The notes: generated by a model from the letters alone, not told the origin. A DNA stretch of 35,151 bases from Limisphaerales bacterium (GCA_027451565.1 DAIDJC010000004.1:1-35151), one strand, 5' to 3'. Shown: positions 1 through 8,668, counted from the first letter of the stretch. Numbers and translations: made by a program.

Positions 1-1
1 T

Positions 2-3000
2 CTATGGCGAAACCGTGCGGTAAAACTGCTGCTGGGAGTGTGATTGAGGAAAAGCAATAGTCACCGTGGCATTGGCCGCATTGGTGATACTTCCCGGGAG
101 AATCGCCCACGCATTTCCAGCCAGGTTGGAACTGGATTCAACGTGATAAGGAAATCCCGGCGTGGTGGCATAGGTGAGAACGACCATCCCATTAAGCAAA
201 TCCACCCGGGGAATCAACTGGCTGGGAGGAGGGGGGCTGGAAAGAACACTGAAAGCCTGGCTGAGGACTGGTTTCAAGGCGATTCCCGTGGCATTGGTGG
301 TGAAGGCGAGGAGTTGGCTTCCAAACCCGGCCAAATTGACGGCCAAGTCATGAAAAGCCGCCATGCCATTGCCAGCATTGGTGCCGATATCTTGCGCGTT
401 TGAACCCAAAAGCAAGCCGAGGGAATTGGTCAGGGCCAATTGCACCAACAGATTTCCCGGCAAATTCAGCGAGGTGGCATGACCCAGGGCGTCCACGGCT
501 TGCACCACAGGTTGGTGGGTCATGGCGAGACCCGCCACGGCCCCTGCGGGTTGAGTGGCAAATGCAAGCGCGGTGGCGGGGCCCAGCACGAGAAATGGCA
601 GGCTTTGAGCGGAAGCGCTGCTTCCCGCAGTATCCATGGCGTCCAGAACGTGAGCGCCTGGGACACTTATGGTCAGATCATCGAAATGCGCCAAACCTGC
701 CTGGTCCGTGACCCGGGAGCACGTGCCAGACAATCCCCCAAGGGAATCACCCAAAACCACGTTGATTTCTGCATTCGAGACAGGAAGGCTGTTTGCATCC
801 AGGGCTTCCACCAGGATTTCCGGGCTGATAACCACCCCCTCTGCGGTTGTGGATGGCTGTTGAATGAATGCCAGGGATTGAACTGGGGTCCATGGCAAAA
901 AATAAGCAGTTTCACTGATTGGACTGTTGATGGCGACCTGTGCCGGGTTGTTGGTCCCGGAATAGGAACCGGAACCAGTGCCAATCCAGTTCTCAAAATT
1001 GTATCCATTGGAAGCCACGGCACTCAGGTAAAGCACTGTTCCAGGATTGGTCCATTGGCTTTGTGGAAAAACCTGTCCCCCGATTGACGGGTTCATGGTC
1101 AGAAGGTACTGGGTGGCGTAGGCCGTCGTGTCAGTGAACGACATGGAAGGCGTCAACAGATGCGATTGGCCGCCGCCATCGCTCCATTCATCCCAGAGGC
1201 ACTGAATGCCGGAGTTTTGCTGGGGTGATGGGGCCAGAAGCCAATGACTGGTCCCGGCGGGCCATAAAAAAGTCCGGGGTGAAGAAAAATTCGTTCCATC
1301 CACATTCAAGGCCAGGTTCGGCGGGCTGGATTGGAACGTGACGGCCACGGAATTGGATTGGAACAGGAGGGAAAACTGCGAGGATGCATTCAAGTATTCA
1401 GCCAGGCCGTTGTTCATGAGAGATAATCTGCCCGTTGCATCGTTGCGTACCCACAGTCCGTTGCGCCCGCTTGCACCAATACCATAATTTGGAATGGAAA
1501 CGTTGGCCGCCACTGCATTGGACAAAACACCGTTGCCGCCAATGATGCTCATGCCATCAGAAATGCTATTGGTGATCAAAACATCCCCGAGAACCAGGCC
1601 GTGAATACCGCCTGCATAGGAATCCATGCAGAGTTGCAAGGCAGCCCTCCATTGGTAACCGGGGTCATAGCCGCCGCAGCGGTCCAGATCGCACCGTAAA
1701 ATGGAGGTGATGCCTGAAAAAGTGTTGGCGCCAACGGGAAAGGTGGTGCTGGCCAGAATGCCGCAGCCGTAGGGAATATCCTGAAACAGGCAGTCCTGAA
1801 TCGAATTACTGATTCCACCGTAAATGGCTCCACCGTTCGCCAGGAAAGGAAGCATTCCAGTGCAATGAGTCACCAGGTTGAATCCCGGCACATAGGTCTG
1901 CTGTGTGTAGGTTGCCGGCCAGATGGGAAAGCAATCATCCCCGGTGCCCCGGGCCGTGCAGTTTGTCACGATGGTGGATTCTATTCCCACCGCCAGGTTG
2001 CAACCGTCCGCAATAGTGTCCCTAAAACGGCAGCCATCCACGATCAATCCCTTTGAATTGGTGAGCCATGCGCCTGTTTTGGTGTGTTCCACCCAGATGC
2101 GTGAGAGGGTGGAACCGGTCCCATAAGAGCCTCCTAGGCCATCATTGGGTTCACTGTCATTGCGATAATTCAGAAAGCCTTGAATCGAAAAATCAGCGAG
2201 GTGGATATGGCTGCCGTTTCCATGAATAAAAACGCGCGCTGAGGGATTGGAGTTGTACAATGAAGCATTGCCCACAAGGCGGGTGAACCACATTCCCGCT
2301 CCCTGAATGATGGCACCAGTAGGCAGGTTTATGCTGCCACTGATAAGGTATTGGCCCGGCGGAAGCCATGCAGCCACGCCCTTGGAAACCGCTGCATTAA
2401 TGCAATTTTGCACGGCAGCGGTGACATCAGACGCTCCATTGGTGGATGCCCCATAAGCGAGAACGGACAGGGATCCTGCCGGTTGCGGCAGGGGCGCTCC
2501 CGCGATCTCGAGGTCCACCAGATCAATGTCATACCAGGCAGCGTTGTCTCCGGCATCCATTTGCAGCCGGATCAAATCCCCGGGCTTGATGGAAAAGCCG
2601 GTGACCCGGACTTCATCAAAAAAATTCCTGGGACTGCCCGCCGAGGGTTCGTTGGTAAATGGATAATTCCCATAGAGCCAGCTATAGCGCGAGGTCATAG
2701 GTAAAACAGCCGCCAAAACGCCGTTGGTATAGAGGCTCAAGTTGTAATCTGCCCCGGCGCCATTCGAGGTGTCTGGCACGCAGTAACGCACCACCATGGA
2801 ATCTGCGGCTGCCTGGGCGGTGAATTCCAAGTATTGACCGGCACTATTGAGTTCCATGCATTTCCTGCCTGACGCTTCGGAAGCAACCAGGTTGGGGCCG
2901 TATTGCGGACCCAAGAGCGTGGCCCCGCCGGAAGTCATGTTTTCTGCTTCATAGGTGATCCACGGAACGGTTGCGCCCGGCGCAAATTCGCCCAAGGCCG

Positions 3001-3133
3001 TGCCAACCCACGGGGTGAAAGCCAAAACCAGCGCGATCCATGCCTTATCGGGCCAAAATCTGGCCAATGCGATTCCCGGCGCTCTGATAGGGGCGCCGGA
3101 ACTGGCATGGGTTCGGGTAAAAAACCAAGACAT
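2..3133 (-). CDS. Secreted multidomain glycoside hydrolase, GH87-like alpha-1,3-glucanase (beta-sandwich + beta-helix catalytic module, Ig-like/B-repeat-like domains, C-terminal ...FYR domain)
   Basis: 1043-aa ORF, complete (TAG at 2-4). Hydrophobic N-terminal stretch (WIALVLAFTPWVGTALG). Segments YEAE...ASEASGRK...SWLYG...RNFFDE and IQGAGMWFT, plus Asp motifs TIADGCN and GTGDDCF, resemble GH87 mutanase/mycodextranase catalytic modules. GYNFENWIG repeat-like unit. Exact start uncertain. Confidence 0.8.
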   Translation of the reverse strand: MSWFFTRTHASSGAPIRAPGIALARFWPDKAWIALVLAFTPWVGTALGEFAPGATVPWITYEAENMTSGGATLLGPQYGPNLVASEASGRKCMELNSAGQYLEFTAQAAADSMVVRYCVPDTSNGAGADYNLSLYTNGVLAAVLPMTSRYSWLYGNYPFTNEPSAGSPRNFFDEVRVTGFSIKPGDLIRLQMDAGDNAAWYDIDLVDLEIAGAPLPQPAGSLSVLAYGASTNGASDVTAAVQNCINAAVSKGVAAWLPPGQYLISGSINLPTGAIIQGAGMWFTRLVGNASLYNSNPSARVFIHGNGSHIHLADFSIQGFLNYRNDSEPNDGLGGSYGTGSTLSRIWVEHTKTGAWLTNSKGLIVDGCRFRDTIADGCNLAVGIESTIVTNCTARGTGDDCFPIWPATYTQQTYVPGFNLVTHCTGMLPFLANGGAIYGGISNSIQDCLFQDIPYGCGILASTTFPVGANTFSGITSILRCDLDRCGGYDPGYQWRAALQLCMDSYAGGIHGLVLGDVLITNSISDGMSIIGGNGVLSNAVAANVSIPNYGIGASGRNGLWVRNDATGRLSLMNNGLAEYLNASSQFSLLFQSNSVAVTFQSSPPNLALNVDGTNFSSPRTFLWPAGTSHWLLAPSPQQNSGIQCLWDEWSDGGGQSHLLTPSMSFTDTTAYATQYLLTMNPSIGGQVFPQSQWTNPGTVLYLSAVASNGYNFENWIGTGSGSYSGTNNPAQVAINSPISETAYFLPWTPVQSLAFIQQPSTTAEGVVISPEILVEALDANSLPVSNAEINVVLGDSLGGLSGTCSRVTDQAGLAHFDDLTISVPGAHVLDAMDTAGSSASAQSLPFLVLGPATALAFATQPAGAVAGLAMTHQPVVQAVDALGHATSLNLPGNLLVQLALTNSLGLLLGSNAQDIGTNAGNGMAAFHDLAVNLAGFGSQLLAFTTNATGIALKPVLSQAFSVLSSPPPPSQLIPRVDLLNGMVVLTYATTPGFPYHVESSSNLAGNAWAILPGSITNAANATVTIAFPQSHSQQQFYRTVSP

Positions 3134-3452
3134 TCACCTCAGAGGGTAACGCCCACGACTACTTTGAAGCCAGTCGCATGAAGTGAGGACAGGTTGTTTA
3201 GGTCAAAATTTCATAACCGACTGAATTTGTATTGGTTAAATAAAAATATTCGCCTTGTTGCCATCAATGGCGCCAAACCTGATTTGCAGCCCTGGGCAAT
3301 TTGGTGAGGAGCGGGGCTACAGATCGTGAAAGGCCAATCGTTGCGGGTTGTCATGGAGGAATTGGAACCTTTCTGGCTTATGTTCAGCCATTATCAATCG
3401 GTCACATTTTTGTTTCGTCGGACTGGTCGGTTTCCACTAAGCTTTTCCCTCC

Positions 3453-5204
3453 ATGAAGTGGACGAATACATTGGTACCAACCCTGCGCGAAGCCCCGGCT
3501 GACGCGGAGATTGTTTCACACAAATTATTATTGCGGGCTGGTTTAATACGCAAGCTGGCTGGCGGCGTTTACACCTTTTTGCCGATGGGATTACGAGTGC
3601 TGAGGAAGGTGGAGGAAATCATCCGCGAGGAATTGGATGACGCCGGGGCCGTGGAGGTTTTGATGCCGGCCTTGCAGCCGCGCGAGCTTTGGGAGCAGAG
3701 CGGAAGAGCTGAAACGGCCCGCGACGTGCTTTTCAGGGTCAAGGACGGGGCATCCCGCGAATGGTTTTTAAGTCCCACAGCCGAGGAGGTGATCACCTCA
3801 ATTGCGGCCAACGAAATCAATTCCTACCGGCAATTGCCCAAGAATTTTTACCAGATCAGCACCAAATTCCGGGATGAAATCCGGCCCCGATTTGGTTTGA
3901 TGCGCGCCAAGGAGTTCATCATGAAGGATGCCTATTCCTTTGATGCCAGCGACGAAGGCGCCATGGCGAGCTATCACAAAATGTATGACGCCTACCAGCG
4001 AATTTTTGCCCGGTGCGGTCTCAAATCCTTTCCGGTGGAGGCGGATACCGGGGTGATTGGGGGCAATTATTCCCACGAATTCATGGTGCCAGCCGAGACT
4101 GGAGAAAATGAGGTGGCGTTTTGCGAGGGCTGCGGGTATGCGGCCAACCTCGAAAAGGCAACCAGCAACCTGCCGGCCACGGCGTCTGATGAAACCGGGG
4201 CCGAGGTGGAGGAATTTGCCACGCCTGGCGTGGTGACCATTGAAGCCCTTACCAAGGCTCCGCATCAAATTCGCGCCAACCGCCAGATCAAGACGCTCGT
4301 TTACATTGCCGATTCCAAGCCTGTCCTGATTTTGATTCGAGGTGACGACCAATTGAATGAAACCAAGTTCTTGGCCCGGACAAATGCAACCGCCGTGCGG
4401 CCTGCCACTTCCGAGGAAATCTTTTCCCTGCTGGGCGCCAGAGCCGGATCGTTGGGGGCGGTTCGGTCGGTGCCCCCGCATGTGGCCATCCATGCAGACT
4501 TGCGCCTAAAGGGGGCTCGGGGAATGGTCACCGGGGCGAACAAGGATGGTTTTCATCTTCGCCACGTTTCCATGGAACGGGATGTTCACGTGGGCCATTG
4601 GAACGATTTGCGGACTGTCCGTGCGGGTGAACCGTGCCCAAAGTGCGGGCATTCATTGAAGCTGCGTCGCGCCATTGAGGTCGGGCATGTCTTCAAGCTG
4701 GGAACCAAGTACAGCGAGAAGTTGAATGCGCAGTTTTTGGATGAAACCGGAAACCGCAAACCTGCGGTGATGGGTTGTTATGGGATAGGAGTGACTCGGA
4801 CTTTGCAGGCCATCATTGAACAGGGGAACGATGCGGATGGGATCATCTGGCCGGTGACCGTGGCACCCTACCAGGTGTGTCTCACCCCCCTGAATGTGAC
4901 GCCCGGGGGCGAAGTGATGCAATGGGCGACCCGCATTTATGAGGAACTGCGCTCCTCGGGGGTGGATGTGATTCTGGACGACCGGGATGAGCGTCCGGGA
5001 GTAAAATTCAAGGATGCCGACCTGGTGGGATTCCCGCTGCGTGTGGCCCTTGGGGAAAAAGGGCTGGCCAAAGGCGATGTGGAATTGAAACCTCGCGGAG
5101 GCGCGGTGCAATTTGTAAAAGCCGCCGAGGCGGTTGAAAGCATCAAGGCATGGCTTAAAAAGGCGGTGGAAGCCACATCACCCATTCACCGTGGCAAGGA
5201 GTAA
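3453..5204 (+). CDS. proS: Proline--tRNA ligase (bacterial type with editing insertion)
   Basis: SHKLLLRAGLIRK, KFRDEIRPRFGLMRAKEFIMKDAYSF, IEVGHVFKLGTKYS, MGCYGIGV, anticodon domain DDRDERPGVKFKDADLVG. Confidence 0.98.
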   Translation: MKWTNTLVPTLREAPADAEIVSHKLLLRAGLIRKLAGGVYTFLPMGLRVLRKVEEIIREELDDAGAVEVLMPALQPRELWEQSGRAETARDVLFRVKDGASREWFLSPTAEEVITSIAANEINSYRQLPKNFYQISTKFRDEIRPRFGLMRAKEFIMKDAYSFDASDEGAMASYHKMYDAYQRIFARCGLKSFPVEADTGVIGGNYSHEFMVPAETGENEVAFCEGCGYAANLEKATSNLPATASDETGAEVEEFATPGVVTIEALTKAPHQIRANRQIKTLVYIADSKPVLILIRGDDQLNETKFLARTNATAVRPATSEEIFSLLGARAGSLGAVRSVPPHVAIHADLRLKGARGMVTGANKDGFHLRHVSMERDVHVGHWNDLRTVRAGEPCPKCGHSLKLRRAIEVGHVFKLGTKYSEKLNAQFLDETGNRKPAVMGCYGIGVTRTLQAIIEQGNDADGIIWPVTVAPYQVCLTPLNVTPGGEVMQWATRIYEELRSSGVDVILDDRDERPGVKFKDADLVGFPLRVALGEKGLAKGDVELKPRGGAVQFVKAAEAVESIKAWLKKAVEATSPIHRGKE

Positions 5205-6151
5205 AATTCAAAGCGGACAGGCCAGCGGCCCAATGGGTCCAAGTTCGCCATGAAGTAGCCCCCATCATTCAAAAGCTCGATGCCGGCCAGGGCGGGGCAT
5301 AATCGCACCTTGAAAGGAGCCCATTCGCGGGCCAGATGAAGCGCGGCGGTCATTTTTGCCACGGATGGCCCCAATCCACGCAGGACAGGCATCCCCGCCA
5401 GAAACCGGCTTTTCCATAGGACCAAGTCGGAATGAAGGTGGCCAATGACGGTTTGCTCAACTTGACCCAGCCGATCGCGAATTTCCCTCTCTGCGGCCAG
5501 GAAAGGCAGGGCAGTGGGATCGTGGCAAAACAGCAGCACTCGTTGGTTTGGTTCCAGGCTGGAAAAGGCTTTGCGAATCTGGTCGAGGTGATTGACCCGG
5601 AGTTTTTGCCATTCGATTTGGTCTTCAGGCAGAATGTCCGCCGAATGTGCGGGCAGGGTGATTAATGAGGACGTCACGCCCATCAAAACATAGCACCCTT
5701 CGTTGATCTGCCAAAATGGGTGGATGCGCAGGTGTTCAATGGCCAGTTTCCAGCTTTCCAGGCTCATGTTCCCGCGGTTGGAAAACAAGGTGCGCTTCCC
5801 CAGTTCATGATCCCCCAAAACCAGCCGCAGGCGGTCACCAAACTTTTGAGCCAGCGCATCCAGACAAATGCGCGCGCTTTCGAGGCAAGCGGGATCCGAC
5901 ACACCGATGAAACCCGAATCCATGGCAAAATCCCCGTTTACGATCACATGGTCCGCCTCAATCGGTTGCCTGAGGAAAGCGTGAAACTGGGGTGTCCGGT
6001 CCAGTGGATTTCGCATCCAAAACCAATGCCGGTAGGCCCGGGCCAGAAAGCGTGTTCTGGTATTAGAGATGGCTTCCATCTCGTAATTACCACCGCGGGC
6101 GGTTTCTGCCGGACCTGCATAATGAATGTCACTGAGCAGGAGCAGGTTCAT
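5186..6151 (-). CDS. Calcineurin-like metallophosphoesterase
   Basis: Motifs SDIH, NGDF, GDHE, FCHDP, GHLH in canonical order. Start placed at ATG 6151 (MNLLLLSDIH), overlapping the recO 3' end. Confidence 0.85.
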   Translation of the reverse strand: MNLLLLSDIHYAGPAETARGGNYEMEAISNTRTRFLARAYRHWFWMRNPLDRTPQFHAFLRQPIEADHVIVNGDFAMDSGFIGVSDPACLESARICLDALAQKFGDRLRLVLGDHELGKRTLFSNRGNMSLESWKLAIEHLRIHPFWQINEGCYVLMGVTSSLITLPAHSADILPEDQIEWQKLRVNHLDQIRKAFSSLEPNQRVLLFCHDPTALPFLAAEREIRDRLGQVEQTVIGHLHSDLVLWKSRFLAGMPVLRGLGPSVAKMTAALHLAREWAPFKVRLCPALAGIELLNDGGYFMANLDPLGRWPVRFEFYSLPR

Positions 6152-6806
6152 GGATTGGGAGTGGACATGCACCAATGGCGTTGGACCGGCCGCGCGGTAA
6201 TCGTTCCAAATGATAGATCAAATAGCCATGAAGCCATTGACCCAAAACGGCGAGGCTTGCGGCATTCGATTTTAAATTTTGCAGGTCCGGCCAGGGGAAT
6301 TCCAAAAGATTTTGCATCAGGTCCATCGCATGGGGAGGCAGGCGCAGCCCGGACAAATCCGGCGCCAATCCCAATTCACGAAGGAGCTTTAATTCAAAGG
6401 CAAAAACAGTTGAGGACTGGACCGGCATGGTTTCCACCGTGTGCAAAAATTCCCTGGTCAGGAGGTATAGTTCCGGGAGGGGGGTTTCCTTCTCAGTGAC
6501 CTGTTCCAGGCAGGTGGTGGCGTAGGCGGCCTGCTGCAGGCGTCCGAGATCCAGCCGGAAAGTACTGGGCGCATGCACCACGCGCGCTTCGCGCAATGGG
6601 TGAAGTGAGCCGGGGCGACCGCGATGGAAGGAAAAATCCGCTTCAAAAAACAAATCCAGCCTGCCGGCGAAGGGGGATTTGGGTTTGCGGGCGCCCTTTG
6701 CCACAGTGCTGAGGCGTCCGGTGGATGGACTGATCCACTCCACAATGAGGCTTGATTCGGTCAATGGGCGCGTGCGCAGGATGATGCCGGTGGCGTTTTC
6801 GATCAT
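6129..6806 (-). CDS. recO: DNA repair protein RecO
   Basis: N-terminal OB fold GIILRTRPLTESSLIV...GRLSTVAKGARKPKSPFAGRLDLF; FELKLLRELGLAP; located in the phoH/ybeY cluster. Confidence 0.93.
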   Translation of the reverse strand: MIENATGIILRTRPLTESSLIVEWISPSTGRLSTVAKGARKPKSPFAGRLDLFFEADFSFHRGRPGSLHPLREARVVHAPSTFRLDLGRLQQAAYATTCLEQVTEKETPLPELYLLTREFLHTVETMPVQSSTVFAFELKLLRELGLAPDLSGLRLPPHAMDLMQNLLEFPWPDLQNLKSNAASLAVLGQWLHGYLIYHLERLPRGRSNAIGACPLPIHEPAPAQ

Positions 6807-6837
6807 GGAAGGGGAGCTAGGCGGGAGGGTCAGTCAT

Positions 6838-6855
6838 CAAGGCCCTTAGTTAAGG
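6838..6855. repeat. Left terminal inverted repeat of the IS remnant
   Basis: CAAGGCCCTTAGTTAAGG; the right end read on the minus strand is GAATCGCCCTTAGTCAAGG. Confidence 0.75.
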
Positions 6856-7178
6856 CCTAACACCCTATTGGTTAAGCGCTTGTGCCGCACCACTCCAGGA
6901 ACGCTTTCAAAAAGCATTTTGCGGGAGAGTTTTTGTATTTGATCCATGATACGGCTGAGTTTGGGTTGGTTGGATACGGCTTGCTTGAGTCAGTGATATT
7001 GCTCTTCGGACAGTGCCACCGTCGCGGTTTTGGTCTTTATTTTTCGCGTCCAGACGTAACGACTGCCTATCTGCCCGGGAGCGCGCTCGAAAACACTGGT
7101 TTGGCTGACCGGCTCCAGTTGGGCCAGTTGGCGCACCAACTCCCGGCAGGCGGGCGGAATCCCAACTTGATTTTTCAC
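6846..7178 (-). pseudogene. DUF6788-like small IS-associated protein with an in-frame TGA
   Basis: From GTG 7178: VKNQVGIPPAC...SRYVWTRKIKTKTATVALSEEQYH*LKQAVSNQPKLSRIMDQIQKLSRKMLFESVPGVVRHKRLTNRVLGLN*. The frame stays open past TGA 6990-6992 to TAA 6846-6848 inside the left IR. The Y-x-WTRK...KT...LS-x-EQ motif resembles DUF6788 (from memory). Confidence 0.7.
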
Positions 7179-7236
7179 CCAGCCATTGAACACCAGAAGC
7201 GGACGGCTTTCAACATAGTAAGCATATAGACCCACT

Positions 7237-7504
7237 ATGAACACACCCTGCTTCCCCGCCTTCCGCTCCCAGCTCGCCGCCCTCGGACGCCGCTCCGCCA
7301 AAATTGTTCCTCTGGCCACCCTGGCCCGACTTCACCAGCAGCGCTAGGTTGATTTCCGCAAAGCCCGGTGTCCTCCAAGAATCGCGGGTCGTCAACCGCC
7401 GCCCAAAATTCCATCCGTTACTCCACCGACCACGCCGCAAGTTCGTAGAAATCTCCCATCGCAGCAGATATTTGAAAGCAGTCCCGAAAATATCACAACC
7501 TTGA
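7237..7504 (+). pseudogene. Collapsed IS4-family-like transposase (N-terminal and C-terminal fragments only, no DDE core)
   Basis: ATG 7237: MNTPCFPAFRSQLAALGRRSAKIVPLATLARLHQQR* (TAG 7345-7347). In another frame: KPGVLQESRVVNRRPKFHPLLHRPRRKFVEISHRSRYLK...* (TGA 7502-7504). The latter resembles the RPGR-x-EPRAVKRRPK-x-YPLL C-terminal motif of IS4-family transposases and ends in the right IR. Confidence 0.7.
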
Positions 7505-7517
7505 CTAAGGGCGATTC
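7499..7517. repeat. Right terminal inverted repeat of the IS remnant
   Basis: CCTTGACTAAGGGCGATTC, reverse complement of the left end with one core mismatch. Confidence 0.75.
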
Positions 7518-7520
7518 GGG

Positions 7521-8189
7521 TCAGTTTTTGATCACGGGAGGGGTGGAGGGGGAGTTGTTATCCTGCGTGAGCGCGCCAAGACTGATGATGTATTTGAATC
7601 CTTCCGCCACGCTCATGTCCAGACGGGTCACCTCATCCGATGGCAGGATGAGCAGAAAGCCCGACGTTGGAATAGGGGTGGTGGGAACGAATACGCAAAC
7701 CATCTTGCGCCCCATCCTGGTGGACATGGCTTCATCCTGGTCGCTGGTCAAAAAACCAACGGTGTGGCAGCCCTTGCGAGGGTATTCCACGAGCACGACG
7801 GTTTTAAAGGAATTTTTGTTGCCGGAAAAAGCGGCGTCAACCTGTTTGATGGTGCCATAGATTTTATTGAGTACGGGCACATGGAGCATGGCGCCATCGG
7901 CCATGGCGATGATGCGTCTGCCTGCGTAATGCCTTGCCAGCAATCCGATCACCGTCACCAAGAGCGCGGAGAGGCACAGGGCAAAAAGGCTCCAGTACCA
8001 GAAAATGGCCCCTTGGCCGCCATCCGCGTGGGTGGTGGTTTTGGGCATGAAGAAAAGCAGCAGGTCAGTGAAGCTGGAGACGGTTCCAAAAAACCATTTC
8101 ACCACCGCCAAGGTCACCACCCCGGGAAGGATGACGACCAATCCAGTTATAAACCAGGAACGCCACCGGGCGAATAGGGACTTTCTCAC
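7521..8189 (-). CDS. DUF502 domain membrane protein
   Basis: FITGLVVILP, two TM segments, VPVLNKIYGTIKQ, VVLVEYPRKG, VFVPTTPIPTSGFL, MSVAEGFKYIISLG. Confidence 0.92.
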   Translation of the reverse strand: MRKSLFARWRSWFITGLVVILPGVVTLAVVKWFFGTVSSFTDLLLFFMPKTTTHADGGQGAIFWYWSLFALCLSALLVTVIGLLARHYAGRRIIAMADGAMLHVPVLNKIYGTIKQVDAAFSGNKNSFKTVVLVEYPRKGCHTVGFLTSDQDEAMSTRMGRKMVCVFVPTTPIPTSGFLLILPSDEVTRLDMSVAEGFKYIISLGALTQDNNSPSTPPVIKN

Positions 8190-8668
8190 GCAGGCAGATT
8201 AACCCTGCCGGACAGCCTGGCGAAGGATTTTTTTGAAGTCAGCCATCGGACCAGCCTGTTTTCAAGCTGTTTCATGCGTTTTCTCAGGCGGGGTGTTCGG
8301 TCATCGCATCCCAGAAGGTGCAGAATGCCATGCACGATGTACCGGGTGACTTCGGCCTGCCATGAGGTTCGGAAACGACGGGCTTGGAGCAGCGCTTCAT
8401 CCACGCAGACAAACAGCTCGCCATAAATGGGCGCCGGGGCGCATCCCGGAGGCTGGGGTTCGGCATGGTCAAAGGTGATGACATCCGTGGAGCCGGCGTG
8501 GTTGAGATAGGTTTCGTTGACCCGCGTCATTTCGGCTGCATTGACCAGGTGAATGCCAATCCGGGCGTTGGAAAGCGCCAATTTTTCACCAAGACTTTGC
8601 ACCAGGCTGCGGAGGTGGCGAAGGTGGATGGTCCGTGTTTTCTGGCGATTGAAGAATTCGAGGGTCAT
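8186..8668 (-). CDS. ybeY: rRNA maturation RNase YbeY
   Basis: N-x-x-YL...TDVITF, GELFVC, HGILHLLGCDD (the third His of the usual HGxLHLxGxDH is Asp here); coupled to the phoH-family gene. Confidence 0.92.
   Translation of the reverse strand: MTLEFFNRQKTRTIHLRHLRSLVQSLGEKLALSNARIGIHLVNAAEMTRVNETYLNHAGSTDVITFDHAEPQPPGCAPAPIYGELFVCVDEALLQARRFRTSWQAEVTRYIVHGILHLLGCDDRTPRLRKRMKQLENRLVRWLTSKKSFARLSGRVNLPA

Larger units (their letters stand above)
6838..7517. mobile_element. Internally deleted IS4-family-like insertion sequence (non-autonomous, 680 bp)
   Basis: Inverted repeat GCCCTTAGTTAAGG (6842-6855) vs CCTTGACTAAGGGC (7499-7512), 13/14 match. Flanking direct repeat GGGTCAGTCAT (6827-6837) / GGGTCAGTTTT (7518-7528), 9/11. 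Contains transposase N- and C-terminal remnants and a divergent DUF6788-like pseudogene. Confidence 0.8.

Noticed and set aside
3134-3452. T-box or riboswitch upstream of proS
   Set aside because: No T-box consensus or terminator/antiterminator recognised; looks like an ordinary divergent promoter region.
6990-6992. In-frame TGA as selenocysteine or an alternative genetic code
   Set aside because: TGA is the normal stop of many genes here (proS, gpsA, pulA, rnd), and the context is a decayed mobile element.
6990-7319. 109-aa minus-strand ORF from the track as an intact gene
   Set aside because: Its first ~47 codons run antisense through the transposase remnant and spacer. The DUF6788-like part starts near 7178 and continues past the TGA, so it is better read as a pseudogene.
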